Of a stretch of 64,000 nucleotides of DNA, positions 38,975-51,180 are shown piece by piece. This stretch comes from Trichinella spiralis (taxonomy: Eukaryota). The notes beneath the pieces were generated by a model that saw only the letters and a list, made by a program, of their open reading frames with translations, had not been told where the DNA came from and did no database searches. The DNA is taken from assembly GCF_000181795.1 (NCBI RefSeq), contig NW_003526941.1:2199376-2263375 (forward strand), in the 5' to 3' direction. Position numbers and translations under genes: made by a program. Numbering within the stretch: the first letter of the stretch is position 1; each line of letters opens with the position of its first letter.

Positions 38975-40752
38975 ATGGATTCGCTGAAAGCTGAATTGGA
39001 AAGAAAACGAAATTTCTTGAAAACATTTAAGGAAAAGGTAAGTTATTTCAGTAATGATCTTAAATAATGACAGTTAGCAACTGAAAGCAAATTAGCATTA
39101 TCTTTTTACCTAATGTGTTGGAATTTTTTTCCACTATCCATTTTTTCGAAAATATGTAAATGCTACATATATGATATTCAATGAAAAAAACAACTGATAA
39201 CTTTTGTCTTGGAAATAATTTATTTCACTTAGGAACCTAGCAAGAAATTTTTCCGACGCGGTGAAGTAACTGCCAAACGTGCAGAACTGAAGCAAGATGA
39301 AGAAGAATCAGGATCATCTGCTGATGTAGGTTCAGCAGTTTTTGTTCTAATAAATTAGTTTTTTACTCTTACATGTTTGTAAAACCAATAGAATTGTTAG
39401 CTGTGATTGAAATAAATTTTTCTTAGAAACTTAAATTTTAATGAACTATAACTACATATATTTTCACATTTTTCACATTCTATGTATAAAAAAATCTGAG
39501 ATGAATAAAAATCGATGCACTTCTGTGAATGAATATTTATCATTAGAGACAACATAATGCGAAAAATGATTGTTGTGAAGAAGAAGGTGTGGATTTCGAT
39601 TTGTCAAAAATTGTCGAAGTAACAGAACTTACCTTGATAGTTTATTCAAATGAATTGCTTGTTGGCTGTATTGCAGACTGTTCATCGATTGAGAGAACGA
39701 AACGAACCCGTCAGAATGTTCGGCGAGAGCAACGCTGACGTCATTAAGCGACTCAGTCGTTTAGAAAATGAAGACATTGAAACGGTACTAAAATTTAAAA
39801 TGAAGAAAAAATGTGAAGCATTTCAAAAAACAGCTAAATACTTTTTAGAAGTGTAGTGAAGATTTTGAGCGTAATCAAAAATCATACCTGGAAGATTTCA
39901 GTCGAGCAAATAAAAGTGAAGAGAAGGTCGATGTTTACGAAGATGATATTGATATGACCATGTCTGATTTGACGGTAAAGTTTACTTTTTAATAATACAA
40001 GTTTTACTGTTATCTGAAACTCAAGTACTAATTTTTAATTAATTTTAGGAAATGTCTAAAAAATTGGAAAAAGGCAATGTTCAACTGGACTGCGAATTGG
40101 TGCATAATTTTTTTAGTGTAAATTAATGTTTTAAAATTTTCAAAAATCTTACTGTAACAGAATAATTAGATTTAGTTTATAATGAAAAAGTGGGCAGTAG
40201 AGTTAAATTCACGTAAGGACGAAGAGAAACGAACCGCCAATGGAAAACGTGCCTCCTCGACCCACTCGCAAACCAGGGAATATTTGCAACCGTTGTTCAG
40301 GCAGTTGAAATTTTATGTAAATTTTGTGAAATGTTAGGTGAAAAAAATATTTTCAGTTTTGAATTTTAGTCCGTAGCTAGCGACATTCGAGAACATCTTG
40401 TCAACATAACTCTTTGCCTTTTGAATCGCAATTATATCGAAGCGAACAACCATTATATGCAAATGGCAATAGGCAATGCTCCTTGGCCAGTTGGCGTTAC
40501 TGCTTCTGGTATACACAAACGTCCAGGAAGTGAGAAACTTTACGTTCGTAATGTTGCTCACGTTTTGAACGACGAAACCCAACGGAAATACATTCAAGTA
40601 AATGATGATGATTGAAATGTGAATTTGTTTTAAATTATATATATATATGTATATATTTATTTAAGGGATTGAAACGTTTGATGAGTCGGTGCCAAATTTT
40701 CTATCCTACTGATCCTAGTCGATCTGTTGAATTTGGTGGTGTCACTTTGTGA
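38975..40752 (+). CDS. PRPF18: Pre-mRNA-splicing factor 18, multi-exon
   Basis: Exon 1 (38975-39037) reads MDSLKAELERKRNFLKTFKEK. A PRP4-like motif follows (RLRERNEPVRMFGESNADVIKRL). The Prp18 core is YMQMAIGNAPWPVGVTASGIHKRPGSEKLYVRNVAHVLNDETQRKYIQ/GLKRLMSRCQIFYPTDPSRSVEF, with TGA at 40750-40752. Confidence 0.95.
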
Positions 40753-41859
40753 ATAATATTGTTGTTTGTTTTTGAAAAAATTGTTGTCATTGAAATAAAG
40801 CGTTGCACGTTGGAATTTTTGTCATCCAGAAGCCACGCCAGACCGACGTTTGAATAGCAGCATTATTCAAATTTTGATCAGCGACAAAAAGTTGGAAAAC
40901 TTGTTCACTGAATATAAAACACAACAACAACAACACACCCTGCCGTTTGGTTATTTCTCATTTGGCCACAATCGTACTATCATATTTTTTGAAAATTAGG
41001 TCAGCAGACTTGAGAGAAAAAATATTTTTTTTGAACGTTTATACGCTTTATTATTATAATTTATTAAATGGAAAATTTGAGAGAAATAAAAAATTTTTTC
41101 TGTTTTTATCATTCAATTGAACAAGAAAAAAAATGAAATTTGAAATGGACGAACGACGATCAAAGAAAGATTTAATTAATTGTTCAGTTTTTTTTCATAC
41201 TGTAATTTAAAAGTGACAATTTTAATGAGAATTTAAAATATTTATTAACATTTTGTATTATTGCAGTTCAAATGTGGCTTTGAAGTTGATGATGATTATA
41301 TTCGAATGTAGGTCAGTGCAACTTGCCTTGCAGAAAGGAATGGTGAAAAAACGGTGTTTTTTCTGTAATCTTCCAAATCCGGTTTTGTGAATTTGAACTT
41401 TGGCAAAATTTTCGCGGTAAATTTCTCTCGCTCCTATTTCCTACTGTAGAATGGAGTTGTTTTCGACAATTGCCATTTTTGAAAATGAAATAATTTCAAA
41501 TGTGTTCGGTGGAATGGAGTTGTTGTTGAAATTTTAATACAATTATCCGGTAAGCTGGAATCACGCTGAATTGTTGTTTTTGTTTTTTTCAAAATAGATG
41601 AGAGCTAATTTTGTTTTTTTTCGTCGTAATCAAGTGATTTGTTGTATATATAAAATAAGCATTTAATTTGTTTCGGTTAATGCGATTGTGAAAGATGGTG
41701 ATTAGATTCGAATCCAAGCGCGGCACATTTCTTCTTTTCAACATCCATTTCTTTTAATATTATGTGACACGTTTGTTGGTCGGTTTGTTGATTCGGTTTG
41801 CTGGTAAATTATCTGGCTCGAAATCAGTATAAAGGCCAGATTTTTACAATTGTCACCAG

Positions 41860-41960
41860 ACAGCGCGCTTATTGGCGACTGGCAATAAGTGCAAGACCGC
41901 CGATCACGTGACCAATAACGGCGGCGATGGTTTTGTGTCACTTTTCCGAATCCCATTCAT
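41860..41960 (+). promoter_or_regulatory. Candidate DUSP proximal promoter (CCAAT boxes and E-box)
   Basis: GC-enriched patch 200-300 nt upstream of the ATG. It contains ATTGG (41871), TCACGTGA (41904-41911) directly followed by CCAAT (41912), and another ATTGG near 41959. Evidence is motif-only. Confidence 0.4.
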
Positions 41961-42153
41961 TGGCAGCTAGCTTTGTTGTCAGCTGCGCTGCTTGGTGCGC
42001 GCCTGTCGCTTGTCCTTACCTCGGCTTCATTTGTTTCACGTTGAAATAGTTTGAGAAGCGTTGTCGGCTTTGATTCTTCTGCATATTCTTATTCTTGTTG
42101 TTGTTGTTGAACAGGGACGGCATAGTTGACGTGGTCACTTGTATTTGACGACC

Positions 42154-45100
42154 ATGGTCGAGGAAAGGCGTTTCGTGTCCAGTCCGTGGCTGGCTACTGT
42201 ACTTCGTGGTGACCAACAACCGTCCACTGACCAGTCTAAATTGTCAGTAATTGTTGACCTGCGCCATCCGAACGACTTTCAACGCCGGCACATTGCCGGC
42301 TCGGTGAATCTCGTCCTGCCGACGCTGCTTCACAAGCGTCTTCAACGGGGCACCGTTGCCGCCACTTCTCTGCTGATGGATGCCGTCCACTCCGGTGATA
42401 CGGTAGTACTGGTCGACGGCGGCGATTCGTCAATCTCGTCCTTAATCTACAAAAGATTGCAAGAAGAAAACTGCCACGTCTTCATTTTCCAAGGTAAAAA
42501 ACTTTTCTTCTATTCATTCGTGCTCAGGTCAACTGGAACAAATCATCGGACTTTGTTATTATTACATTGTCAAAGCACTTTCACACACTTGCAGGCGAAT
42601 ATTATCCATAATTTGCAATAGTTGAAATTTTCCAAATTGCAACTAGTGAAAAATTATTTATTATTATTATTATTCATCACTCGTTATTTATAAATCCCCA
42701 CTTTTTGTCAGTGATGACAGTTGTTTGGCATTGAGAGTAGTGGTGGTGGTGGTGATGGTGGGGTAGCCGTAGGCAACGGAAAGCGATTGTCGAACAAAAA
42801 TCACCAGCAATGCCTGCCAGGCATTGCCAGCCAGCCAGCCGAGCACAGAGGCCCCGCTGTGTTGCTGGAAACATTTGACGCGTGAAGAAGAATAGAAATT
42901 TTGTCGAATTTAAATAGAAATTCTTCTTCTCTCTGCTCTCTGTCAACTTGGGATTCATTTTCATAAAAGAGATGAAATGGAACATTTTAATAATATGTTT
43001 GTTTGGCAATATTTGTTTGTTTGTTTGTTATTTTTTGATTTTTGCAAAATTGTCGTTTCCCAATTGAAATTTTTCCACCGGGGATCATCATCATCATCAT
43101 TCGTCGGCAATGTTCTTGTGAAATGTTATTCCCCCATAAAAAAAATTAAAACTCGACCTTGTCAAAATAGATAATAACCAAATAGCTTGCTTGATCATCA
43201 TTCATTATATATATATATATATATATGTATATGTATATGCAGCCTGCTTGACAGGCAAAATTTTTATAGCTGCAGTAATGTCTCGAGGTGACCGGCAATC
43301 AAAACTGTGCCATCATATCATTTTGATCTCTTTCTTGATTTTCGCCTTTTGAAAAAGCAATATGTGCGATTTTGAATAGCATTTTTTTCCAATTTTTAAT
43401 TTCCACAACAATAAATTTCTTCACTGTCGTTTTCACGAGCAATTAATTACCCACCACTGGTCGTATATAGGATGCAAATTGAAGGGAAAAAAACTGATTA
43501 ATATGAATAATGTCCAATGTTGTTTTTTCAAAGCTGTTTTTTTTCCAATCCAATAAGCAATTGGAATATCAAAATTTACTTTTGATCTGATCTATTTTCA
43601 TTATGCAAATTTTTTGATGAATGTGAATTTTATCATTTGTTGATCGATTTGTTTTTTGTTCATTTTTGGAAAAGAGTTTTTTTTTAAAAAAAATTGGGTA
43701 AAGCAAAAGTTTGGCAGATTTTTCAATTTGTTATGAGGTGTAGAATTTGCTTCTCTTTTTCTTGCCCAACTTTCCGCTTAAAAGCAGAGATTTTATCATT
43801 TCTCCTCTCTCTCTCTCCTATGCTGCTGCTGCTGCTGTTGTTGTTGTTGTTGTTATTGGTGGTGGTGGTGGTGGTGGTTAAAATTGTCAAATTGAGCTTG
43901 CAGCTGTTTTGTCAATGAAATTCAATTGACCTGTGATTGACATATTGATTGAAATTGGAATATTTGAGCATTTTTTTTCCTATTCGACAGTGTTTGATAG
44001 ATAATATTGTTGTCAAAAAAAATATACGATGGGGAAAATTCCTCTTTCTGCCTTTGGCAAGTGTTGTTGAAGCTCCGAGTCGAAAAGCTCCGATTTCTTG
44101 CATCTTGCGCATCTTCTCTGGTATATATGTGTATTTTTTTTTCATTATAATTTCCTCTTTTTTTTCTGTTTAATTTAAATAAAAAGGAAAAAAACAAAGC
44201 CTGAGCTCTTTCCAATCAATCAAGCGGAAGTGTGGGAAAAGTTAATTTTTTTTTTCATTTCAAGCAGCTTATCTGCACAAACTGCTGCTTTTTCCACTGC
44301 CCCATTAGCAGCAGCCGCCCACACCCGTTTTTTTCTATTCTTTTCAAAAACGGTTGGCTATGTGTTTTGTTTTTATCTTGTTATTCTTCCATTTATTGTT
44401 CATGTTGAATGACGAAAGTTGTTGTTGTTTCTTCTTGATGAGATTGTTTAAAAAGAAAAATTTGCCTATTTTAATCATTTCCACTACAATCAATCACTTT
44501 ACTACACTGATTTATTCCCATTTTTTATTTATTTATTTATTCATACATGTATGGTATGTATTGTTGCGTGTGGTGGATCTTTTTAATTTTCCAAATGGTT
44601 CAATAAATTTCAATTCTTGCGGATAAAATTTATCCTATTCAAAAGCGTTTTTTTTTAATTTACATATTTTGTCATAATTATTGTTGCTTGGTTGGTTGGT
44701 TGGTTGGTTGGGGTTCGTTTCGATTTTTCTTATTGAATTTCTCGTGTTGAAAATGTGTGAAAGCTTGAAGAGTTGATTAACGAACGCTCTGGCAAGCGAT
44801 TCACTATTTACGATTGATAATTGAATGAATGTCGTTTGTGAATGAATGTTAAAGGGCACAATCTCGAACGTATATTTCTTCCACTACACTAACTGACAAC
44901 ACAACGCTACTGTTCATTCTTTTTACACGATAATTATTTTATCATTTCTGGTATTATAATAATGGTTTATTGGTTATAAAATTTATTATGTTGATTGATA
45001 GGTGTTTTTTGTTTCTGCTCAAAAATATCATTATTTTCCATTTGAATAGTAACAAGTAATATGAGAAATAAGCATTCGTTCATTCCTTCATTCATTCATT

Positions 45101-48100
45101 CATTCATTCATTCATTCATTCATTGTGTTTTGCGTAGGATTTACGTAAATCATAATTTCACCGCTGTCATTATATCCGGGCACACCTATTTTTCTCAAGG
45201 CGGTATTGAAATTTCTTTCTTTGTTCGTTCGATTTTCTTATTAATTAACTTTTGAAAAATGACAATCGTGCCAGCAGCAACCAACCGCGATGTATCTATA
45301 CGAGCTGTGTGTGTGTGTGTGTGTGTGTGTATATTCAAAATTTCTTCACCAATTATTATTTTTTTTAAATATTTTTCACTAACCAGCATCATCATCATCG
45401 TCGTCGTCGTCGTGCATGAAAGTAGAGTAAGTACGTTGTGCGCAGTTGCAATTTGTTGAATTGGAGGGGAAACAGCGTACTTAACAACAACAGCAACAGC
45501 AGCAGCAAGCAGGCATGCGAACTAGAGAAAAGCCCCAGGGTTGACTTTTGCTTGAAAAATGCTGCATCGTATAATAGAGCAGTTGCGGCGGCATTGACGA
45601 CTACGATCGATCACCGTCGTCACCACAGTACACTCTCAGCTTGTCCGTGAATGGCTTCAGGAAATATATATATTTATTTTTTTTGAAGCATCGTTGAGAT
45701 TGACTGATTCATATTTTCATTTTCATAAATGAGAAATTATGAAATTTGTTGTTGAAATGAAATTTCCAAAAAGTTTCAACTTGTAATATTCCAATCAACT
45801 AACTGATGTTGTTTGTTGATGTTTTTTTCTGGTTATTATTTATTATCATGCTGACGCTTTGTTTTCGAGGCCATCTTGGTTGTATTTGCATTTGCTCTGC
45901 AAAATGGGGGCGGCGAAGAGAATCTTCCAAGTGACGTCACGTTTTGCTGCTGCTGCTGCTGCTTTTTATCTTAACCAGGTCGGCTTTGAAGTTTTGCATA
46001 AATGACGCATCACTTTGCGCGCATCAGCAACAACAACATTTTTGTCTTTTTTTTCAGAAAAAATATTAACTTTATGCAAATTTGAAACTTTCTTTCGCCT
46101 GCACAAAATTCCACGTCTCATCAAGCGTAGCATCCTAAACAAATAGCGCACACAATTTTCAATTTTGTTCACTCGTGATTTTTGTTCAGCTATATCAAGT
46201 GGAAAACAAATTGTCAACAACTACAGTATGCTTTTAATTTAAATAATACGAGTTATATCTTCTTGTTATCTTTTTCTTCATAATTGCCTTTTCCCAACTA
46301 TAACGACAAACAACTGATTAATACTGTACGTTGTTGACTCTTCCATTTCTGATATTTGCATTTTTATCTCAGTACACACCAAGTTCGTTTGTATACAGTA
46401 GTTTCAATTTGTGTTCGAGGTGGTGATTTTCAACGTGCCCAGTGAACTCTCGTTTAGTTATTCGATCCAAGGGGAAAAGTTTTGTTTCTTTATTCTTTAT
46501 TGAATTTATGAAAAATTATCTCCGCCTCCTTTTCCATGTAAACGTTAATGAAAAAATAATTCAATAGAAAAAAGAAAAAGCTGCTGTTATTTTAGTAATT
46601 GTTAGTCGGTTGGTTGGTTGGTTGGTTGGTGTGAGTGTTGTTCCATCTCGAGGACATCAGCGTACAGCAGCAATAAGCGGGAGGAGAGTTAATTAAAAAT
46701 TAATTTCAACAATTCATTTTGATTGGTCGTTGTGGAATTTTTCAAAAATAAACTTACAAATTATGAATGAACACGTCTCGTGTCGTACTGTTTCCGCAGG
46801 TTGTGTCCGTCATTGGAATTTTTTTTTGGCCATTCGTTGAACGAACAATGCCACCTCCTCTGGTGTACAGGAAGGAAAAGGTTACAAATTTTGAAAGCAG
46901 GTTTTATATTGTTCGTTGGTTTTTGAACAGAAAAAAAACATATTAATGATGAAGGCAACAAATTTTGAAAACGGTTTTTTTGTTTTTTTTGGAGGTCGTT
47001 TGTAAAATATAATTTAAGCTCAGTTGGGAGGAAGAGACGATGGTGATCATCTTCATTGTGTACTACGGTGATTTGTTTTCTTATTTATTTATTTTTTGGA
47101 TGGAAATATATTTTCAACTGATAAATAATAATAATTTCTGAATTGGGGTTGTTCGTGTCGGTGAAATTTTTTTTCTCTCTTTTTCCCTCTCTGATAATTT
47201 CCTCCCATTCTCTTCATTATTTCACAACGTCCATGAATAGGGAAATTTTTGAATAAATTGTCAGCATTTTTTGGAAACGTGCCAACGCCTTATTGTTATT
47301 ATCGTTTATTGGTGTTGCTGTTGCAACAAGCCGCCACATGGACAACATGACTTTTGCACAACTTCCGGTAGCGGCCAGCCATGCAGACTGGCTGACCTGA
47401 ATAGCTGTCATTCCATAAGCCGGTTCACTTCCGGTGTATTGTATTGTGTTGGGCCGGCAGCAAAAATTGAGCCACTCATTTTTCTCCAACGTCTTCTTTT
47501 TCCATTTTCTCTCACTCGACCAACCAACCAGCGGTCGGCCGGTCACTACTCTGTGTCCGCACCCCTCTGAGATCAAAATATCTCTCCTCGCCCTCCTGTG
47601 GATCAAGCCAATTGTGCCACTGACCGTGCTAATTCTTATTCTTCTTCATATCATTCTTTTTTTCTCTCTCACATTCATTCTTTTCTTTTGTCTTCCAACT
47701 CTTCTCCTCTTACCACTTCTATTCATCATTATTATGTGTCATTTCTAATCTTCTTGCAGGTTTTTTCTTGCACAATTTTATTATGATTTCTGTTAATATT
47801 TCATTTTAAAAAATAATAATGTATACTGTATTAATGACCTTGCCGAAAGTTTCCCACTGTGTCGGAATTTTGAAATCATTTCTTTTCTGCTCTTCGACCA
47901 TTCACTTGGATATGATGTAATTTTTTTTATTCTTCAAAGTTTATCTCTCATTTTCTTATTTTTCAATAATTATTTTTAACACAATTCCACTCCACTCACT
48001 CGTGAAAATATTAAAGCATACATATCTATATCTATATCTATATATAAATTGATTGTCTGTTTATGTTAAATTTTTTTTCAACTTTCCCATTAATCTGCAT

Positions 48101-48380
48101 GTGTGGATTAATTAGTAAAGCCAACACCCCCGCCCACGCCTTCCTACTCCTCCGCTACGTTGTTATTGGTGGTTATTTTTAATCGACGACTGTGTAGTGC
48201 CGGCCGAGTGGGGGGAAATTTTTTTTTTCATTTTACCTGCTTTTAATAACACGAACAACTGTCTTTATTTATCGCTGCACTGGCAGGCACGAAAGCTGCG
48301 GCCGCTTTACTACTAGTAAGCTTAGTAGCAATAGTTGATTGTTCACAATGGTGACGACGGTAGTCAATTTAAACTATTTT

Positions 48381-48419
<39 letters not shown>

Positions 48420-48519
48420 GGCAAATTTGGAATAATTCTGTTGTCATTTAGTTAAAAATATTTATCATCATCATAATTTTAGTTGATAATGCAAAAAAAA
48501 ACTCATCTGTGAATGACGA

Positions 48520-48558
<39 letters not shown>

Positions 48559-49610
48559 GGTATTGATTAATTTCCTACCTCCTTTGCACCACCCCCACCC
48601 CACCATCACCACCAACCTCGCGAAACACGTCGCATTAAATGAATGGATTAAGCGATGAGATGCTTGGCTGCGTTAGTGTCAGCAGGACATTGGACCAGTT
48701 TTCATTGGATGGCCGACATCCGGCAATCCCATCTGTGCAACATCATCATTTAATTTTTCTTGGCAATTTATTTTGATGTGTTATTTATTGAGTCTGTCTG
48801 CGTGCGTGCGCGTGTATTTTATCCGTGTGAATTGATGTGCTGTGGTGGTGGTGGTGGTGATTGGGGAGGAGGATTGAATGGGTTTGGTCGTTTTGAAGCA
48901 TCATCATTTGTGCGCCGTTTGGAACATATCCATCCATCGTTTGGTCGGTTGGCCAGCTTGCTTGTCATTTGGCAGGTGTTTCGTTTTTTTGCATAAGTGC
49001 TTTGCCAAGGAGTGTGCGTGTGCATTCATTCAGAAAAGCCAAACTGATCCAGAAGGATGTGCTCAAGCGTTTTCTCTGTTCGGATCGACGTCGACAGGTG
49101 CTTGGTAATCGACGTGGAATTAAATAAATTAGCTTCTCCAAAGCAGACCTTGGTGACAGAGTGAGATTCAGCTTTTGAAAAAGCAAACATAATAATCAAC
49201 GCCTCTGCTGCTTCTAATGCGAGCGTCTGTGTTTTCTGGTCGCCTTTCTAGCCGGTTGATTTTCTTAAATGATTTTTTCTTCGTATTTATTCTTCGTATT
49301 GTTGTTGTACTTTGTTTATGCAAATTTCTACTCGATGTACGTAATTTTTTATCTTAACCAACAATTCGACGACGAGTAATAGTATCGATTGAAGCAGGTG
49401 AATGAATGAATATATCTAAACGACCAATGGACGAATTGACCAATGAATGAATGAATGAATGAATGAATGAGTGAGTTTGCGTGTGATTAGCGTTTCAAAT
49501 TTTACTACACGTCGTCGTCGTCGTCGTCTCTTCGACGCCCATTCATCCATTCATTCATCTCAACTCGGCTGCTGTTTAATGAATGAATGATTTGTTCATT
49601 TCTAGCTCTA

Positions 49611-49672
<62 letters not shown>

Positions 49673-51180
49673 GTTCTCCTCTCAGGGTGATCAAATACAG
49701 ATGCGTATCCGTTTTGCTGTTTGAATGAGCCGAACCGGTGGCGCGGCAGCGTGGGCGGGTCGCGGTCGGTTGGCTCCTGTTTCCTGTTTGCTGTCGTCAG
49801 TCAATTTTTATTGGTCGACGACCCATTGAGCAGCGCATATCGCAGTGCGGCATTCATCCGGGTCGATTGTAAATTCTCTCTTTCCAGCTCGCCTACCTAC
49901 CGGACGTCCGTTGGTCTTTTATTTTTCGGCCAATTGGTAGAATTATAATATATTGTTGACCAGCGCTATACGCGACCACACGCGTTCGCGTTTAATTTCA
50001 CTATNNNNNNNNNNNNNNNNNNNNNNNNNNNNNNNNNNNNNNNNNNNNNNNNNNNNNNNNNNNNNNNNNNNNNNNNNNNNNNNNNNNNNNNNNNNNNNNN
50101 NNNNNNNNNNNNNNNNNNNNNNNNNNNNNNNNNNNNNNNNNNNNNNNNNNNNNNNNNNNNNNNNNNNNNNNNNNNNNNNNNNNNNNNNNNNNNNNNNNNN
50201 NNNNNNNNNNNNNNNNNNNNNNNNNNNNNNNNNNNNNNNNNNNNNNNNNNNNNNNNNNNNNNNNNNNNNNNNNNNNNNNNNNNNNNNNNNNNNNNNNNNN
50301 NNNNNNNNNNNNNNNNNNNNNNNNNNNNNNNNNNNNNNNNNNNNNNNNNNNNNNNNNNNNNNNNNNNNNNNNNNNNNNNNNNNNNNNNNNNNNNNNNNNN
50401 NNNNNNNNNNNNNNNNNNNNNNNNNNNNNNNNNNNNNNNNNNNNNNNNNNNNNNNNNNNNNNNNNNNNNNNNNNNNNNNNNNNNNNNNNNNNNNNNNNNN
50501 NNNNNNNNNNNNNNNNNNNNNNNNNNNNNNNNNNNNNNNNNNNNNNNNNNNNNNNNNNNNNNNNNNNNNNNNNNNNNNNNNNNNNNNNNNNNNNNNNNNN
50601 NNNNNNNNNNNNNNNNCAACGCGTCCGACATCAGCGTCTTGCAAAAGTACAACATCAACTATGTGGTGAACGTGACCAGAAATTTGCCGAACGCGTTTGA
50701 AAACGATGCCCGCTTCAAATACCTGCAAATACCGATCGACGATAATTGGTCTCAAAATTTGGCATCCCACTTTCCCAAAGCGATCCAATTTATCAGTAAA
50801 AATATTTATTTTTTTTTATTTTATTACATTTTCGGTTGTAGTATTTTCTTTCTTTTTTAAATGTTTTTTCTGTAGATGAAGCTCGCTCAAAAAAATGCGG
50901 CGTATTGGTCCACTGTTTGGCTGGCATTAGCCGATCGGTAACGGTAACGGTCGCTTACCTCATGCAGACTTTGTCGCTCAGTTTGGACGACGCGTACGAC
51001 ATGGTGAAACGCCACAAGCCGAATATTTCGCCAAATTTCGATTTTCTCGGCCAGTTGGTCGAATTCGAACGTCGCATGGTCGAATCTCGAGCTGCTTCCA
51101 AGGCTCAAACCGACGAGGATCATTCCCAGCTCGGTGGTGCATTTTGTCACACTGCTGCTCTTGTTGTTGAAACGTCTTGA
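42154..51180 (+). CDS. DUSP6: Dual-specificity MAP kinase phosphatase, MKP3/DUSP6-7 group (lip-1-like); middle exon(s) lost in an N gap
   Basis: Exon 1 (42154-42493) encodes a rhodanese/CH2 domain ([21 protein letters not shown]) with a kinase-interaction motif (LLHKRLQRG). After the gap come [16 protein letters not shown] and [25 protein letters not shown], an intron to 50875, then [21 protein letters not shown] (HCxxGxSR) and [16 protein letters not shown], with TGA ending at 51180. Linking the two halves across the gap is inferred from domain order. Confidence 0.88.
47361..47435 (-). promoter_or_regulatory. Paired consensus ETS sites in the DUSP intron
   Basis: ACTTCCGGT at 47361-47369 and CACTTCCGGT at 47426-47435; both read ACCGGAAGT on the - strand. 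Confidence 0.45.
48384..48556. repeat. (AT)n run and nearby (GT)n(GA)n compound microsatellite
   Basis: AT run at 48384-48418 and GT/GA run at 48520-48556, both in the DUSP intron. Confidence 0.9.
49613..49670. repeat. (TG)29 microsatellite
   Basis: Perfect 58-nt TG run. Confidence 0.95.
50005..50616. other. Assembly gap (612 N) within the DUSP gene
   Basis: Run of N. Coding sequence resumes mid-exon at 50617. Confidence 1.

Noticed and set aside
49943..50788. Long ORFs of 230-281 aa in the ORF track
   Set aside because: They are artefacts of translating the N gap.
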